Shown here in pieces: positions 48,581 to 62,559 of a DNA stretch of 64,000 nt (positions within the stretch are counted from its first letter, which is position 1; each line of letters begins with the position of its first letter). Where the stretch lies: contig NC_086097.1 of assembly GCF_963921235.1 (NCBI RefSeq), positions 54,686,001 through 54,750,000 of the forward strand, in the 5' to 3' direction. The DNA is from Mobula hypostoma. Taxonomy: Eukaryota. The translations under genes and the position numbers were made by a program. The notes under the pieces were generated by a model. That model made no database searches and was not told where the DNA came from. It worked only from the letters and a program-made list of their open reading frames with translations.

Positions 48581-50683
48581 CTGAAAGAAATTTATAGTTT
48601 AAAAGTGTGATTGAAACATTCCTATGCTTCACCCTCTGCACTATTACAAAATAAAAACCTGGTGATTATAATAACTGTAGTCTCAAATAATTATATTTAT
48701 TTTCATTAAATATAAAGGATTGAAATAGTTTCCTTTGTTAATGGATCAAATATCTCAGGACATATTCTCTGGCACACTTGAGAAATGACAGAAGCTGAAC
48801 CACAGAAATTGTTCCTACTTATTTCCTCTATGGAAAACTGTTCTTGAGTACAGGCGACCCCCGGGTTAGAGACATTTAGGTAACAGAATTTTGCCTTTGT
48901 AGAATTCACAAACCATGGCTCAAAAATTTGAAATACAAAATAAAATTTGGTCTCAAGAAATCTGTGCCAAAAAACAATCAGTATCAACAGCATTTCTTGA
49001 CAGTTGTGCAAACAAAGCAGCTTCACTTTAAAAGGAATAAATAAATCTCACATGGACTTTTTATTTCAGGAATGCAACCAACACACCTCCACCAGCCACA
49101 ACTCCATAATCATTAACTGGTTTTTGTGTGGAGCAACTACATCAGTGCATGTCTGAATATTATCTGGGTCTTGTGCATGTAGGTATGGATTGCCTCAATT
49201 TGAGGATGTTCAGATAGAAGCAGCTTTCATAGAAACCGCAGCAAATATCCCCACTTCTGGCCTCATAATGGGAAAGGATTATGGATGAGACAGCAGAAGA
49301 TGTTGAGCTCAGGACAGTGCCCTTATGAACACCTGCAGTAACGTCCTGTAACTATGATGATTCCTCTTCAATAAAGACATCTATGAATGAGGTAGGACTC
49401 TAACCAGGCTTTACCCCCTCCGCGTGCCTGTTGACTTCAATTTGACCTGGGCTCCCCAGTATCAATTCAGTAAAATGCTGCCTCACTTCATGCATGCCAA
49501 TCTTAGGTCCACATCTGGACTAAGGTTGTGATAAGATCTGCAGCTGTAACCCTGCCGAAGCCCAAACCAGTCAATTGACAGCAAGTGCCTTTTCATAGCA
49601 AATTAGTGTCACTTTCCACGACTTTGTCAGTGCTGTACAGAACACCAATCATATGATTATATAAGCAGATTGGATTGGTTTTGCAATTGTGGACAATATA
49701 TACCTGAGTAATTTTCTACCTTAGTGAATAGTTACCAATGATGAAATCAATGAGTATCAAGGGGAAAAATAACACTTCTGCCCCATGTGTAGGTAACTAT
49801 TGGCATAACCTTGGTAGAGGGGTGGTTACTTTTGGTGTAACATCAAACTTCCATCACCAAGAATGGGGATATTCCTCAACATTCTTCTCCCATTAGCTGC
49901 TTAATTATCTATCACCATTTATGACCAGATTTGCCAGGCCAAGAATCTATTCTTATGGGAATGCATTAATTGTACTGCAATTTCATCAGGCTGACACCTT
50001 GTTTTCTTGGTATATCTGGTATTACACTGGCATGTTCCTACATACTCCTTGTTAGAACCAAATACAATTGTTGGGCTTGATTATAATGGAATAGTGCCAG
50101 GCCATGATTTTACAGATCGTGGTAATCCACATTTGTCTAGTTAAGGGTCTACAGCTGTTTCAAGCTACCATGTCTGACTAAATTCTGCCACACCTCACAA
50201 TCAAAGATATCCTTACTGCTAAGTCATTTGCATAATGTTTCTTAGCACATTCAAAAAATTTTCAAACTGGTTACAGAAGTACATATTCCCACACAAGAAG
50301 TTGTGCTCATTTAAAATCAGTAGTTCCGAATGCAAGGAAACAGAAAATATATTTTACGGATATAGTAAGATGGATTTCTTATTCCCCCTTTAAAAACTGT
50401 TAAATCGCCATTCCTGATTCTTTAATCAAAAAATGACATCCAGTTTACTATTCTTCACCACTGTGGTTTAAATTATCATGAATAATGAAAATAAATTAAA
50501 AAAGCCAAAAGGATGGATGCAACACACACAAAATGCGAGAGGAACTCAGCAGGCCAGCCAGCATCTATGGAAAAAAATACAGTCGACATTTCCGGCCGAA
50601 ACCCTTTGGCAGGACTCATCCTTGTCTCTTCTGAAGATGGATGCATTGATATTTTCACAAAAAAAAATCATTGCTCCTCATAC

Positions 50684-50888
50684 CATGCGAGTTATCATCT
50701 TCAATTGCCCGATGATATCGAGACCGGTTGACTATGCCCATCACATCGTCATCTTCATCATCATCATCTGCTAATGGATGCCTTATTGGTGATGGCTGTG
50801 ACAGATAGGTTTCTTTTGTTGTCAAGTCACCACTTTCTTCATCAAATAAATCACTCACTGTAGTAGCAGTGGAATGCGAAGTCAATCC
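50684..50888 (-). CDS. WDHD1: WDHD1 exon (~11), acidic linker GLTSHSTATTVSDLFDEESGD...DDDDEDDDVMG...IEDDNSH
   Basis: tttttgcttag acceptor, G|gtatga donor, 205 nt; DLFD motif and acidic tract as in AND-1; phases fit. Confidence 0.88.
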
Positions 50889-50961
50889 CTAAGCAAAAAA
50901 AACAATCCATTAATGTATAGTAACTGATTTGAGCTGAAGTATTTGAATCTTTAATAAGGTA

Positions 50962-51682
50962 CCGTGGATTCCAGATAATTGGAACACATTGGGATAGTAC
51001 ATTTTGGCCCAATTAGGCGGCTGCCCCAATTAGCCAAAATTTCATGGAAATGATTAAAAAGGTATTTAAAAAAGACAAATTACTGTTTAACTGAGTAATA
51101 AATTATGTATTTAAATGAAATACAGAGCCAATTAGAACTCTACCAATATTACTACAGTACTATAAAACTGTGTATTAGTTCCTAATAGTTGTCAACGGAG
51201 GAATTCATCCAGTGAATATTACCATGTTCTTTTGATTATTGTAAATTAACAATTCTTTGTAGTTCCTAATATGTTGAAGTGGTGAAATGGTTTCATTTTC
51301 ACTCCTGGCCATTTCTGGCACCTCCAAGCCTGAATGCTTGAAACCGCAGTGAGCAAAACAATTCTGAATTGTTGTATTACTTATTTCTTGCCAACTATCA
51401 GTGACAAAAATCACTGCTTTTTGAACACAAACACATGCAACTGACACCTTTTAAAACTGTTTGCTCTAAGCATGGTGTAGTGTCTAATGGCCTCACAAAA
51501 GCATGTAACTAATGCTCGTTGCAAACTGTTTGGCAACAATCTCCTGTCTCAATTAAGTACCATAGTGTCCCAAATAAATAAATGGGATCTCGGCTATTTT
51601 CTCAATTAATTTTTGTTCTTTAAGAGTTGTCCCAAATAAGCAGCTGCCCCAATTAACCAATGGCCTAATTAACTGGAATCCC
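50962..51682 (-). mobile_element. Tigger/pogo-derived non-autonomous DNA transposon
   Basis: Imperfect TIRs gtggattccagataattgg / cctaattaactggaatccc after TA; ORF 51205..51447 AV.FV.DSWQEISNTTIQNCFAHCGF matches the pogo DDE C-terminal motif. Confidence 0.8.
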
Positions 51683-52027
51683 CCATGTTTTTAAAACAAG
51701 CAATAAAATCAAAAATGTTTATACAAAGGCAGCAAAAGCATTTTAGAGTGTTGAACAAACATTTGTTAATTAAAGTTAATTAATATAACAATTTTCTGCC
51801 AAAGTAAGAGAATAGCAATAACACATGTACTTAAGCTGTACATGCACTAATATAAACACACAATATTTATGAAAATAGATTTAGTACAAAGGCACAATTA
51901 AATAAAGGAGCTTTAACTTTATTTACCATTGGTTACCACCTCAGTAGCATGTTTAAAAAGGACACAGCATAACAACACTAAATTACACAAGGAACTAAGC
52001 ACTCTGTTAACATTCTCTCCAACTTAC

Positions 52028-52157
52028 TTTACTGCTAACATCTGCCCAAATCCCTTCAAACATCCCCAAATTTCCTTCAGAATCCGTATAAGCTAGATTT
52101 CCTTTCAAAGGGTGCCATGCCATTGCACATATTCGATAAGCCTTCTCATGCCGCAAT
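52028..52157 (-). CDS. WDHD1: WDHD1 exon (~10), LRHEKAYRICAMAWHPLKGNLAYTDSEGNLGMFEGIWADVSSK
   Basis: ttccttag acceptor, AAA|gtaagt donor, 130 nt. Confidence 0.92.
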
Positions 52158-52269
52158 CTAAGGAAACACATTTCATAACACTTAATATATCATATTTGAC
52201 ATTTAACAACTCTTTTGAAAGACAGCAAACATACCAGCTGCAGAAAAAGAAGCTTTATTGCTGAAACAG

Positions 52270-52830
52270 CTGCAGTGCCCCCAGGGTTGTGTGCTGGGCC
52301 CATTGCTGTACGCTCTGCTCACACATGATTGCAGGACCAAACATCTGAGTAATCTCAGTCAAGTTCACCGATGACATGACAATGGTGGGGCTCATCACCA
52401 ACAACAATGAGATGGCCTACAGAGAGCAGGTGGAAGAGCTCTAAGCCTGGTGGCAGGCAAATAACCTCTTCCTCAATGTCATCAAGACAAAGGCAATGGT
52501 CATCATCTTCAGAACTCACACCCCTCTTCACACATCAGCAGTGAAAACTATAAGCAGTTTCAAATCCCTAGGAGTGGATATATTGCGCAACCTCTTAAGG
52601 TCCCAGAACACTCTACACAATCAGGGAAGCTCACCAACATCTCTGCTTTCTGAGGAGGCTGGAGAGCTGGACTATGCACATCTATACTCATGTCCTTCTA
52701 CAGATATGCAGTAGAGAGCACCCCAACATGCTGCATCACAGCATGATGTGGAAACTGGACTACAACAGACAGGAAGGCTCGCCAAAGGGGAGTCAAAACT
52801 GCCCGATGCATCACCAGCACGTTTTATTAA
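52270..52830 (+). mobile_element. Rex1/Babar RT fragment
   Basis: PQGCVLGPLLYALLTHDC...KFTDDMTMVGLITNNNEMAYREQVEEL. Confidence 0.8.
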
Positions 52831-52999
52831 GGAATGAGGCTTGGAGTTGCAAGGAGTGAAAGGTGGTAAGTGGGTGGGGTGATATTTCCACTAGCAAAGT
52901 GAATAAAAGTGACAAAATTATCTGCCTATTATCACAAGAACAAAGAGGTAGAATGAAAGTTCTAGAATTCTATAAGTTCTAAACCACACATGATAAATA

Positions 53000-54300
53000 G
53001 CCCAATATCCGTATGATTTCCTTCAGAGGAGAACTTGCCTAACAGGTTGGTTGGAATTCTTTCAGGAAGTAACAAGCAGTTACAAAGAGTCAGTAGATAT
53101 TGTTTACTTGGATTTTCAAAAGGTCTTTTGAAGGTGCAATACGTGAGGCTATTGAGCAAGGTAGGAGTCCATGGTAGTACAGGGAAAGGTAGAAGCATGG
53201 ACAAAAGACTGGCTAGCTGGCAGAAGGCAAAGATTAAGAATAAAGGGGGCCTTCTCTGGTTGACTGACAGTGACTAGTGATGTTCCACGGAGTTCAGTAT
53301 TAGGTCCCCTACTTTTCGCGTTATATTTTCATGATCTGGATGATGGAACTGACGGTCATGTGGCCAAGTGTGCAGATGATACAAAGATAGGTGGAGAAGC
53401 AGGTAGTGCTTAGGAAGCAGGGAGTTTGCAGAAGAACTTGGACAGACTGGGAGAACAGACAAAGTAGCAGATGGAATCTATTGCAGGGAAGTGTATGGTC
53501 ATGCCCATCGGTAAAAGAAATAAAGGTGTAGTCTACTTTTTAAATGGGGAGAGAATTCAAAAATTGGAGGTGCAAAGGTACTTAGGGAGTCCTAATGCAG
53601 AACTTCCCTAAGGAGTCTTAGTAGCAGTTAGTCACAGAGGCAGTCGAGTAACGTAAAACTTCACAGTACCAGCGACCAAGGCTTGATTCCCACAGCTGCC
53701 AGTACAGTAATGAGTTTGTACATTCTCTCCATGCCTGTGTGGGTTTCCTCCAACATTCCAAAACAAAAGATATACGGTTAATTTGTCACTTGGAAGTATT
53801 TGGGTGGTGCTGGCTTGTTGGACCAGAAGGACCTGTTACTGTGCTATAGCTCTAAATAAAATAAAATTAAAGTAAGGAGGCAAAGTAATGTTTGCATTCT
53901 CTTCAAGAGTTCTTGAACATAAAAGCAAGGATGTAATACTGAGGCTTTACAAGGTGTGGTCATAAGTGCAAGAGATTCCGCAGATGCTGGGAATCTTGTG
54001 CAACACACAAAATGCTGGAGGGACTCAGCAAGTCACAGGGTATTTATGGAAGAGAACAAACATTCGATGTTTTGGGTCGCGACCCTTCATCAGGACTAGA
54101 AAGAAAGGAGGCAGAAGCCAGAACAAGGTGAGGATGGGGAAGGAGTACAAGCCGGCAGGTGATTGGTGAGGACAGGCGAGGGAGACGGTAGATTGGTGCG
54201 GGGGGGGGGGTTGAAATTAGAAGCTAGGAGGTGACAGGTGGAAGAAATGAAGGGCTGAAGAAAAAATCTCACAGATAGGATGGTGGATTGTGGAAGAACA
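53000..54300. mobile_element. Old plus-strand CR1 with a nested SINE (~53630-53870), followed by a minus-strand Penelope 3' end (~53965-54300)
   Basis: YLDFQK and ADDTKIGG motifs; SINE core; gcagatgctgg...gcaacacacaaaatgctgg...gacccttcatcaggact. Confidence 0.75.
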
Positions 54301-54927
54301 TGTCACAATCTTCCACACTATATTTCATCTAACAGTCTTTTGCCCATTCACTTAATCTATAGCCGTTTGTGATTTCTTTAGAACATATTAACCTATTTAT
54401 TTTAGTATAATCAGCAAACATGGCTACAGTACTTGAAGTGTTTTTATCCAAGTAATGAATATAGATTATAAATAGTTCAGGCTCCCAGCATTAATCTATA
54501 ATACCAGCCAACACTAGATGCTGGCTGCCAATCTGAAAAAATGACCCACTTATCACTACTCATAGTTTTGATTTTAACTAGTCACTCCCCTGCCTTTGAC
54601 ATTGCACATTTCCGATCATTCATGAGTTTCCAGTCCTCCAGAGTATAGAGAGCCAACAGGGAAAAAAGGTTTTCACTTTATCTCAAACCTTTACCCTTAG
54701 GGTAAGCACATAGCCCCAAATTTCAAGGTTTCCAGCTGGGGGAAACAACTTCACAATATCTACTGTCGTATCATAGATTTCTGACAAATTTCAAAGTTTT
54801 AACCAATGCTCAGATTTCCTTTAACAGAAAAATAAAAGAGATCTAACTATTGCACAATTCAGTACGAGTTCATATTCTAAATTCACAAATGATAACAAAG
54901 TTTCACAAATCAATAGCAGTATAATAC

Positions 54928-55034
54928 CTTTCTATACATTTTTTCGTCTGTACATTCCATACTGCCATGGATCCATCAATACTCCCAGCAGCTACATAAT
55001 CACCACATGGAGACCATGATACAACATTTAATGG
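54928..55034 (-). CDS. WDHD1: WDHD1 exon (~9), PLNVVSWSPCGDYVAAGSIDGSMAVWNVQTKKCIE
   Basis: cctctag acceptor, AG|gtatt donor, 107 nt; WD40 repeat. Confidence 0.93.
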
Positions 55035-55387
55035 CTAGAGGAAATAAAAAGAATATAATTTATTCATGTAATTCTTGAAAAGATTGTCTATTATGCTTTT
55101 CAACAGTATCCAAGTCTCTATGAAATAACTTTCAATTAGCAAGAATACTTTATAACATATAAATACAAGAGTATTTATGAAACAAACTCTTTCCTCCAGA
55201 AACATATTTCCATTATTTTGGTTAAAACATTGATTTTTCTATGATATTCAAACACTAATGCTATTTTCAATTAAGTATTTAAGTTGAGTTAAACTATTCC
55301 TGCTTCATGAAATCATTTTCCTAATACATATATACTTTCTGCTGTTATATCCAAGAAAACTGCTTTTAATTTTTATATAAAGCTTAC

Positions 55388-55480
55388 CATCGTAATGCTG
55401 TCATCTGAAAGATCGGCAACATTTTCCCAGGATTCTCTTTCATACAGTTTTACAACTTTTTCGACTGGAACAGCCAAGAA
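55388..55480 (-). CDS. WDHD1: WDHD1 exon (~8), FLAVPVEKVVKLYERESWENVADLSDDSITM
   Basis: cttag acceptor, ATG|gtaag donor, 93 nt. Confidence 0.93.
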
Positions 55481-55856
55481 CTAAGTGTATGTACCAAACA
55501 GAGAATAAAAAGTTAGACTAAAGAAAACTTTCAGACATGCTTACCTTATTAAATATCAAAACGTAATATCCCAAATCTGTTCAGTCTCTGCTCCTTTAAC
55601 CTATTTTCAAAGTTTATCAGATGAGCTCTGAAGAAACGAATCACCATGCTTAAGACACAGTGCACATTGTTCAAGATTGATGATTTGCAGTAAATACATC
55701 CTGTTTAGAGAACTGTTTTTCACTTACAAATATTAACAATATCCCACTTATCACTTACAACCTGCTTCAGATGAACGGCCATCAAAACTTGGGAAGTGCA
55801 CACTACAACATTGTGCAGCTAGGACAACACAAGCTAAAGCAATTGAAACTATTTAC

Positions 55857-55952
55857 CTTTCCAGACTTTGGTTGCCACTCAAGTCTACAGATGGATGTAG
55901 CACGGTTCACCTCATTGAACTTGGTTAGCAATGGCCAACTGGATGCAAGTGT
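55857..55952 (-). CDS. WDHD1: WDHD1 exon (~7), TLASSWPLLTKFNEVNRATSICRLEWQPKSGK
   Basis: ctttgtag acceptor, AAG|gtaaa donor, 96 nt. Confidence 0.93.
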
Positions 55953-56059
55953 CTACAAAGCAGAACGATACTTTAAGACGATTGCCAAACCTATTAAACA
56001 TGTCATGTTGTAAACCACATATAAGCAACTTGAAATACTTGTTTCTTTTCATGAAAAAA

Positions 56060-56760
56060 ACTTGGGCATATCATGGAACATTCTATCAAGACCAAGGAAC
56101 TGATTGTGGATTTAAAAGGAGAGGAAGTTGGGTGAATACATAACAAGCCTCACTGAAGGAGCAGCAATGGAAAGGAGCAGCAGCTTTAAGTTCCAGTGTC
56201 AGCATCTGAAAGATTCAATCCTGGCCACAATACATCAATGCAATCATGAAGGCAGCAAACCAGTGGCTCTACTTTGTTCAGAGTTTGAGCATATTTGGTA
56301 TGCTACCAAAGACTCTATCAAATTTCTACAGATGTAAAGTGGAGAGCATTCTGACTGCTTGTATCAGAGCCTAGCGTGGAGGCTTCAATGCACAGGACTG
56401 TAAGAAGCCACACAGGGTTGTAGACTCATCATGGGAGCAACTATCTCCACCATAGAGGTCATCTTCAAGAAACAGTGTCTCAAGAAGACGGGATCCATCA
56501 CCAAGGATCTTCACCATCTAGGATATGCCCCCTTCTCATAACTACCATCAAGGTGGCACCTTAGTAACCTGAAGGACATTATCCAAAACTTTCAGAACTG
56601 CTTTTTCCCCTTGCCATCAGATTTCTGGAAGGCTCATGATCATTACCTCATTATTCCTTTTTCTTACACAATTCATTTACTTTTGTAATTTATATATCTT
56701 TGCACTGTTCTGCAGCATGAAATTTAACATCGTATGTCAATGATAGTAAATCTGATTCTG
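56060..56760 (+). mobile_element. Rex1/Babar 3' fragment
   Basis: KTKELIVDF...SSFKF; tail aaatctgattctga. Confidence 0.7.
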
Positions 56761-57054
56761 ACTTCTACAGATGTGCTGCTGAAAGTGTCCTCATGTTGCA
56801 TCAATGGAAGGCATGGCAAGTCAAAGGCACAAGAACATAAAACATGAGGTGCTACCTCAAGAACACAAAGTTCAAATTCATTCTAGATTAACCGCAACTC
56901 TGACTTTGCATGGGACTTAGATGTAGATTTCTCAACCTCAATATGAGTCAAATCATAATTTTTCTTCAGAACATTTTAAAGAATAACACAAATGGCACAT
57001 TTTCGTTCCTAATACTGATCACATAATGTAAACTATAAGACTTATCCAACTAAC

Positions 57055-57105
57055 CTGATCAGATATTTTCCAAATACATACTAATCCATCACAGCTGGAG
57101 GAAGC
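57055..57105 (-). CDS. WDHD1: WDHD1 exon (~6), ASSSCDGLVCIWKISDQ
   Basis: tttttcag acceptor, CAG|gttag donor, 51 nt, phase 0-0. Confidence 0.93.
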
Positions 57106-57336
57106 CTGAAAAATAAAACACCTTGAGATTATTATGAACAAAGCTACTGAAGTATTGAACTGCACAAGAGTTGTAAATATTGCATGCCACTATCACTTAA
57201 AATATCAAAAATACCAAAAGCAAACATTGTAAACCTACTCAGGTAATATAAAGTCTACCACAATTGTTCCATGGCTGAAGCAATTCAAGGTGCTACTAAA
57301 GATTCTATGTGAATCAAGTGATTTTAAATTAATTAC

Positions 57337-57448
57337 CAGATACACATCCTTTGGGTCAAAAGCCACACTGAGAATAGGACCATCATGACCTCGAATTGTC
57401 TTCTGTTGACTATTGTCTTTAACATCAATGATCTTTACCATAAAATCA
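57337..57448 (-). CDS. WDHD1: WDHD1 exon (~5), DFMVKIIDVKDNSQQKTIRGHDGPILSVAFDPKDVYL
   Basis: cag acceptor, gtaatt donor, 112 nt; within ORF 57235..57492. Confidence 0.95.
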
Positions 57449-57559
57449 CTGCAAATTGAAGACACAATACAAAAACTTGAAGCAACATTCATAATTCAAT
57501 TGAAGAAAAATAGATCATGAGAACATAAGAAATAGCAGGCGTTCTGTTTAGTTCACAGT

Positions 57560-58650
57560 GTTAACTGCAATGAGATCAGATCCAATCTTGTACCTCATTA
57601 CCATTTTCCTGCACCCCTTACATGTTGTTAATATAGTTACCACAACCACTTCTTCTGGCAGCTCCTTGCATACACTGACCACAATTTGAGTGAAAAAGTT
57701 ATCACTCAGGTTCCTATTAAATCTCACCCATCTCACTTTGAGCCTACGCTCTTTAGTTCTTGATTCCCAAAACTGGGAAGAAGACCAAGATCCTTCACCT
57801 TATTTGTGCCTCTCATGATTGGATATTCCTCTGTAAGATCACCCCTCCTTTTTCTAAGCTCAAATGAAAAGGAGTCCCAACTTGCTTAACCTTTGTCTGG
57901 AACTCAGTCCCTCAAATCTTGGCAGCATTCTTGTAAATTTCCTCTGTACTCCTTCCGGTTTAATAGCATCTTTCTTATAGTAGAGTGACCCAAAACCAAG
58001 TATAACATACTAAATATAGCCTTACTAACTTCTTGTTCAAATGCAACATAAATGTCCCAGCGTCAACACTCAATACCCTGACTGATGAAAGGCAGCATAT
58101 CAGAAGCCTTCATTGTCATCCTGTCGATCTGTAATGCCACTTTCAGAGAATCGTATACTTGTATTCCTGGATCCTTCTGATCTATAACAAACCCCAAAGG
58201 CCTAACACTGTCTAAATTCTACCTTCATTTGTTATCCCAAAATTCAACATCTTGCCCTTGGCAAAATTAGCCTCTATTTTCCATTCCTTGGCCTGCTTAC
58301 CCAGCTAATAAAGATCCCTTTGCAAGTATTGATTCACTGCCAATAACATCACCTATTTTAACGTCCTACAAGCTTACTTAGCATTAATATAGATGACAAT
58401 TAGCAATGGGTTCCCTAGGGAACACCATCAGTCAGAGGCCTCCAGTCTAAAAACCTGAATTCCATGTGATATAACTTTCCACAGCAGTCCACAATGTGGA
58501 ATCTTTTCAAAGGCCTTACTGAAGTCCATATAGACCACATCTACTACCCTGCCCTCATGACCTTCTTGGCTACTTGTTCAAAAAAGAACTCAATGAATTT
58601 GTGAAATGTGGTCTCTGACACAGAACTGTGCCAACTATCCATAATCAGCT
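57560..58650 (-). mobile_element. Old CR1 fragment
   Basis: NFFTQIVVSVCKELPEEVV; VVYMDFSKAF. Confidence 0.75.
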
Positions 58651-60539
58651 TGTCTTACCAAGTACTTGCATTTTCTATCTTACAATCAAAACACCTCTGC
58701 TGGGGAAACGTCATCACCACACCTACATATCAAAACTCATAGGAATCTGATTTGTCCTCTCATTCTTCTGAACGATGAAGAGAATGGGACCATCCTTGGT
58801 TCTTCTGCCAAAACAAAACCATACCCCTCCCCGCACCCATCCTGAATCACCTCAATCAATTTAGTGAAACCCCAATGCCTCTGTGGGCAAGAAGACTAGT
58901 ACTGTACACAATGACTTCTTTGTGATCTTATTAGGGATCCCAAATAATTTCAGCACCATGTCTTTACACATTGACTAAAATCCTTTTGCAATAAGAGTAA
59001 ATTAACCATCAATCTTCCAACAGTTTGTTGCTCCTGCATGTTAATTTTCAATGTTTGATGTACAAGAACAACCTCTAATCGACAATACTTGTCAGATTCT
59101 CAACTTTTTTTTCTACTAAAGTGAGTAATCTCAAAATTTTTATCATCATCGGTATGTCACATCCACGTGCTTAGGTTGTCTGTGTCCATTTGATACCTCC
59201 CTACATCCCCTTTGCAACTCACACTGCTACCTGGCTTTGTATATCATCAGTAACCTAAATACATTTAATTTGGCTCCCTATCAATATCATTGACATGAAT
59301 CATTATAGCATGGGGCCCAACTCTGATCCTTGCTGCAAATCATTTGTCATGCCCTCCCAACCTGAAAATAACCTATTTCTACTCTCTTATCTATTAATCA
59401 ATTGCCAAAGCATTCAAATAGTCAAATCAAGTTTAATTGTCATTCAAACCATACACGGATACAGGCAAATGAGATAGCGTTTCTCATTCCCATCTATTTT
59501 GTTTTATGATCCAAACACACCATACTTAAAACCTCAAAATCTCCAATAAAATCCCCCTTGATTACTTTATCCTAATTACAGTCATCCTACCTTGTTATTA
59601 CTCTTTAGGCACCTATAGATAACTTACACTAATGTTTTCTTCCCATTTATGTTCCTCCGCAGTACACAAAACGTTTCCAAGCTATGATCCTCCTCCTCTC
59701 TCCACTTACATCGAGGCTATCCCTCCTCCCTTTCCATTTCTCCTGTCCTTTCTAAGAATTAAGTATCCTGGAATACTTAAATCTCAACCATACATCACCC
59801 TATAATCACATACTCAATACTAATTAGATCATACATATGAATTATATCATCAGTTTATCAATCTCGTTACTCAAGCTGTATACATTCAGTTTACATAGCA
59901 ACAAATGTGAGTTTTTACCTTTTTCCTCTTATAAATCCAACTGGTATTCTCCTTTCTTATTTGCTTTCCTTTTCAGACTAACTCTAGTTATAGATATTTT
60001 TTGCCTCCTGCACTATCATTTTGTCCATCAAATGCCTTGACCAATTTATTTCCTTCCATGATTTAGTTTAATGCCTTACCTGTAGGCTTCATTATTTGAT
60101 AGATTTAAATAAAGCATATTTCAAAGGGACAGATCCCCCGCTTCCTTAGTGGTAGGACTAGTGGCCCATGAATTGAAATCCATTTCTCCCCTCCCATTTT
60201 GAGCTACATATTCAACTCTCAGATCTTACTGATTCAATGCCAATTTGCATATGACTCAGGTACTAATCCAGAGATTATCATTGTATTTGTTTTTTTTTTA
60301 AATTGGATTCTAATATTCCTTTAGGAGAATCTTTTTTTTGACCCTTCTCTTTATCCTAATCTTCATTAACATAAATAATAAACAATAATTCTTAACAATA
60401 ATTCACAAAATCAATAATAGTTATTGACTGCCATCTGCAATTGTTCCTGCTGCCTCCAGAAATTGTGCAGTTGATTTCAAATTTTTGAAGAACTCTCCAC
60501 CAAAATCAAGAACAACTAGGGAAAAGTTGTTGCAATATA

Positions 60540-61737
60540 ATGAGGAAATAACAGGCAGGGTAGCCAAAGAAGAGTCAGAAGATGTTGTATACTTGGATTT
60601 TCAGAAGGCCTTTGACAAAGTGCCGCACATGAGGCTGATAAATAAGATAAGGGCTTAAGGTAGTACAGGAAAGATGCTTGCATGGATAGAAGATTGGCTG
60701 ACCGGCAGGAGGCAAAGAGTTGAAATAAAGGGGGCCTATTCTGGTTGGCTGCAGGTGACTAGTGTTGTTCCCCAAGGGTCAGTGTTATATATCAACGATT
60801 TGGATGACAGGATTGATGGTTTTGTGGCCAAATTTGCAGACGATACAAAGATAGGTGGAAGGGCAGATAGTGTTGAGGAAACAGGGAGTGTGCAGAAGGA
60901 CTTGGACAATTTGGCAGAATGGGCAAAGAAGCAGAAGATGGAATATAGTGTTGGGAAGTGTATGCTCATGCACTTTGGTAGAAGAAATAAAGGTGTAGAC
61001 TATTTTCTAAATGGGGAGAAAATTCAAAAATCAAAGGTACGAAGCAACTTGGGAGTCCTTGTGCAGGATTCCCTAAAGGTTAACTTACAAGCTGAGTTGG
61101 TGGCAAGGAAAGCAAATGCAATGTTAGCATTCATTTGAAGAAGACTAGAATATGTGAACAAGGATGTGATGCTGAGCCTTTATAAGGCAGTGGTCCAACT
61201 GCACTTGGAATATAGTGAGCTGTTTTGGGCTCCTTGTCTAAGAAAAATGTGCTGGCATTGGAGAAGGTCTAGAGGAGGTGCACGAGAATGCTTCCAGGAA
61301 TGAAAGGGTTAATGTTTAAAGAGCATTTGATGGCTCTGGGCTTGTAATTGCTTGATTTTAGAAGAATGAGAAGAGATCTCATTGAAACCTATTTAAAGGC
61401 CTAGATGTGGAGAGTATGTTGCATATAGTGGGTGAATCTAAGACCAGAGCACACAGCCTCCATATACAGGTATGTCCATTTGAAACAGAGGTAAGAAGAA
61501 AAGTCTTTCACCAGAGGGTGGTGAATCTCTGTAATTCATTGCCACAGACTGCTCTGAAAGCCAAGATACTGAGTATATTTAAAGCAGAGTTTGATAGGTT
61601 CTTGATTAGTCAAGCATCAAAGGTTATGGGGAGAAGGTAGGAAAATGAGGTTGAGAGGGATCATAAGTCAGCCACGATGGAATGACAGAGCAGAATCAAT
61701 GTGTTGAGTGGCCTAATTCTGCTCCCATGTCTTATGG
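60540..61737 (+). mobile_element. CR1 RT and 3' fragment
   Basis: ORF 60674..61138 WIEDWLTGRRQRV...VPQGSV...KFADDTKIGG. Confidence 0.9.
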
Positions 61738-61781
61738 AAAGTCGGCTCCAGATCACGATCATTTCTCCATTATTACCTTAC

Positions 61782-61933
61782 CTGGATCCAGCAGCAACAG
61801 TAGTTGCATTGTTATTGAAAACAACGTGGTTTGCTTCGGCAGTGAAGCGAGTTAAAATTCCATCTGGGGAACCATCAGGGAATGAATTTACTTGAACAAT
61901 GTTGTTAGAAACAGTGGTAACAAGCATTCCATT
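61782..61933 (-). CDS. WDHD1: WDHD1 exon (~exon 4), NGMLVTTVSNNIVQVNSFPDGSPDGILTRFTAEANHVVFNNNATTVAAGS
   Basis: ttcttctag acceptor, AG|gtaag donor, 152 nt; matches the AND-1 WD40 region. Confidence 0.93.
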
Positions 61934-62559
61934 CTAGAAGAAACAAAATTATTCATTAGATTATTATTATCTCAAATGCAAACCATTTTCTATGAACATA
62001 AATCTCTCTATAGTGAAAATGAAATGCCACATGGCAGTACCCTGAGATATGACCATAGAGATTCTCAAGGCAGCTACTTCCTGAAAAAATCATCTGCATC
62101 AAAGTGATGTTCTGTTCCATTTCAACACCAAGTTCATATTTGCCATACGGTATTTTAAAACAGTGGTCACAGAATCCATTGCATCAGAGGTGGAAACCAA
62201 ACAATGTACAAATGCTGCAGTTGCAACTGATTTCTGCCATCTGGGCTAACTGCTGCCAATACGGCTTTACTGTTAAATGCATCAAGGATGCCACAGCTCG
62301 TCAACAATCTGTTCTCTAGCTGGTCAACGGCTCACCCAAAAAATACTGTTGGGTGGTGTAAAAAATTATAGGACAACCCTAGAGGAGAAGAAAAAACAAA
62401 TAGAGGTCATGGTCACATTGACTTCAACAACTTGATTTAAAAAAGCAAAGAGGTCCAGCAATATAAATTGAGGAAACTACATAACATATTCAAGAGCAGA
62501 ATCTCTAAGATTACATGCCATAAAAGACATGCTAACAGCTATTAAGAGTTTGAGGAGAT

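Larger units (their letters stand above)
10882..61933 (-). other. WDHD1: WDHD1 (AND-1/Ctf4; WD repeat and HMG-box DNA-binding protein 1) gene span, partial: 22 internal coding exons
   Basis: Manually spliced GT-AG exons give a 2985-nt open frame collinear with vertebrate AND-1 motifs (PDGILTRFT, GHDGPILSVAFDPK, FMVWNSIGIIRCY, IDVEFHDTSIHH, SDHYWVIGIHENPQQLRCIPCKG, KTGFQLWLEE). Start and stop exons were not found in the window. Confidence 0.97.

Noticed and set aside
54062..54097. Additional hammerheads in older Penelope ends (also ~32340, ~50580, ~13710)
   Set aside because: Core nucleotides are mutated (for example GAAA>AAAA and CUGAUGA>CUAAUGA or CUGCCAA), so they are likely inactive.
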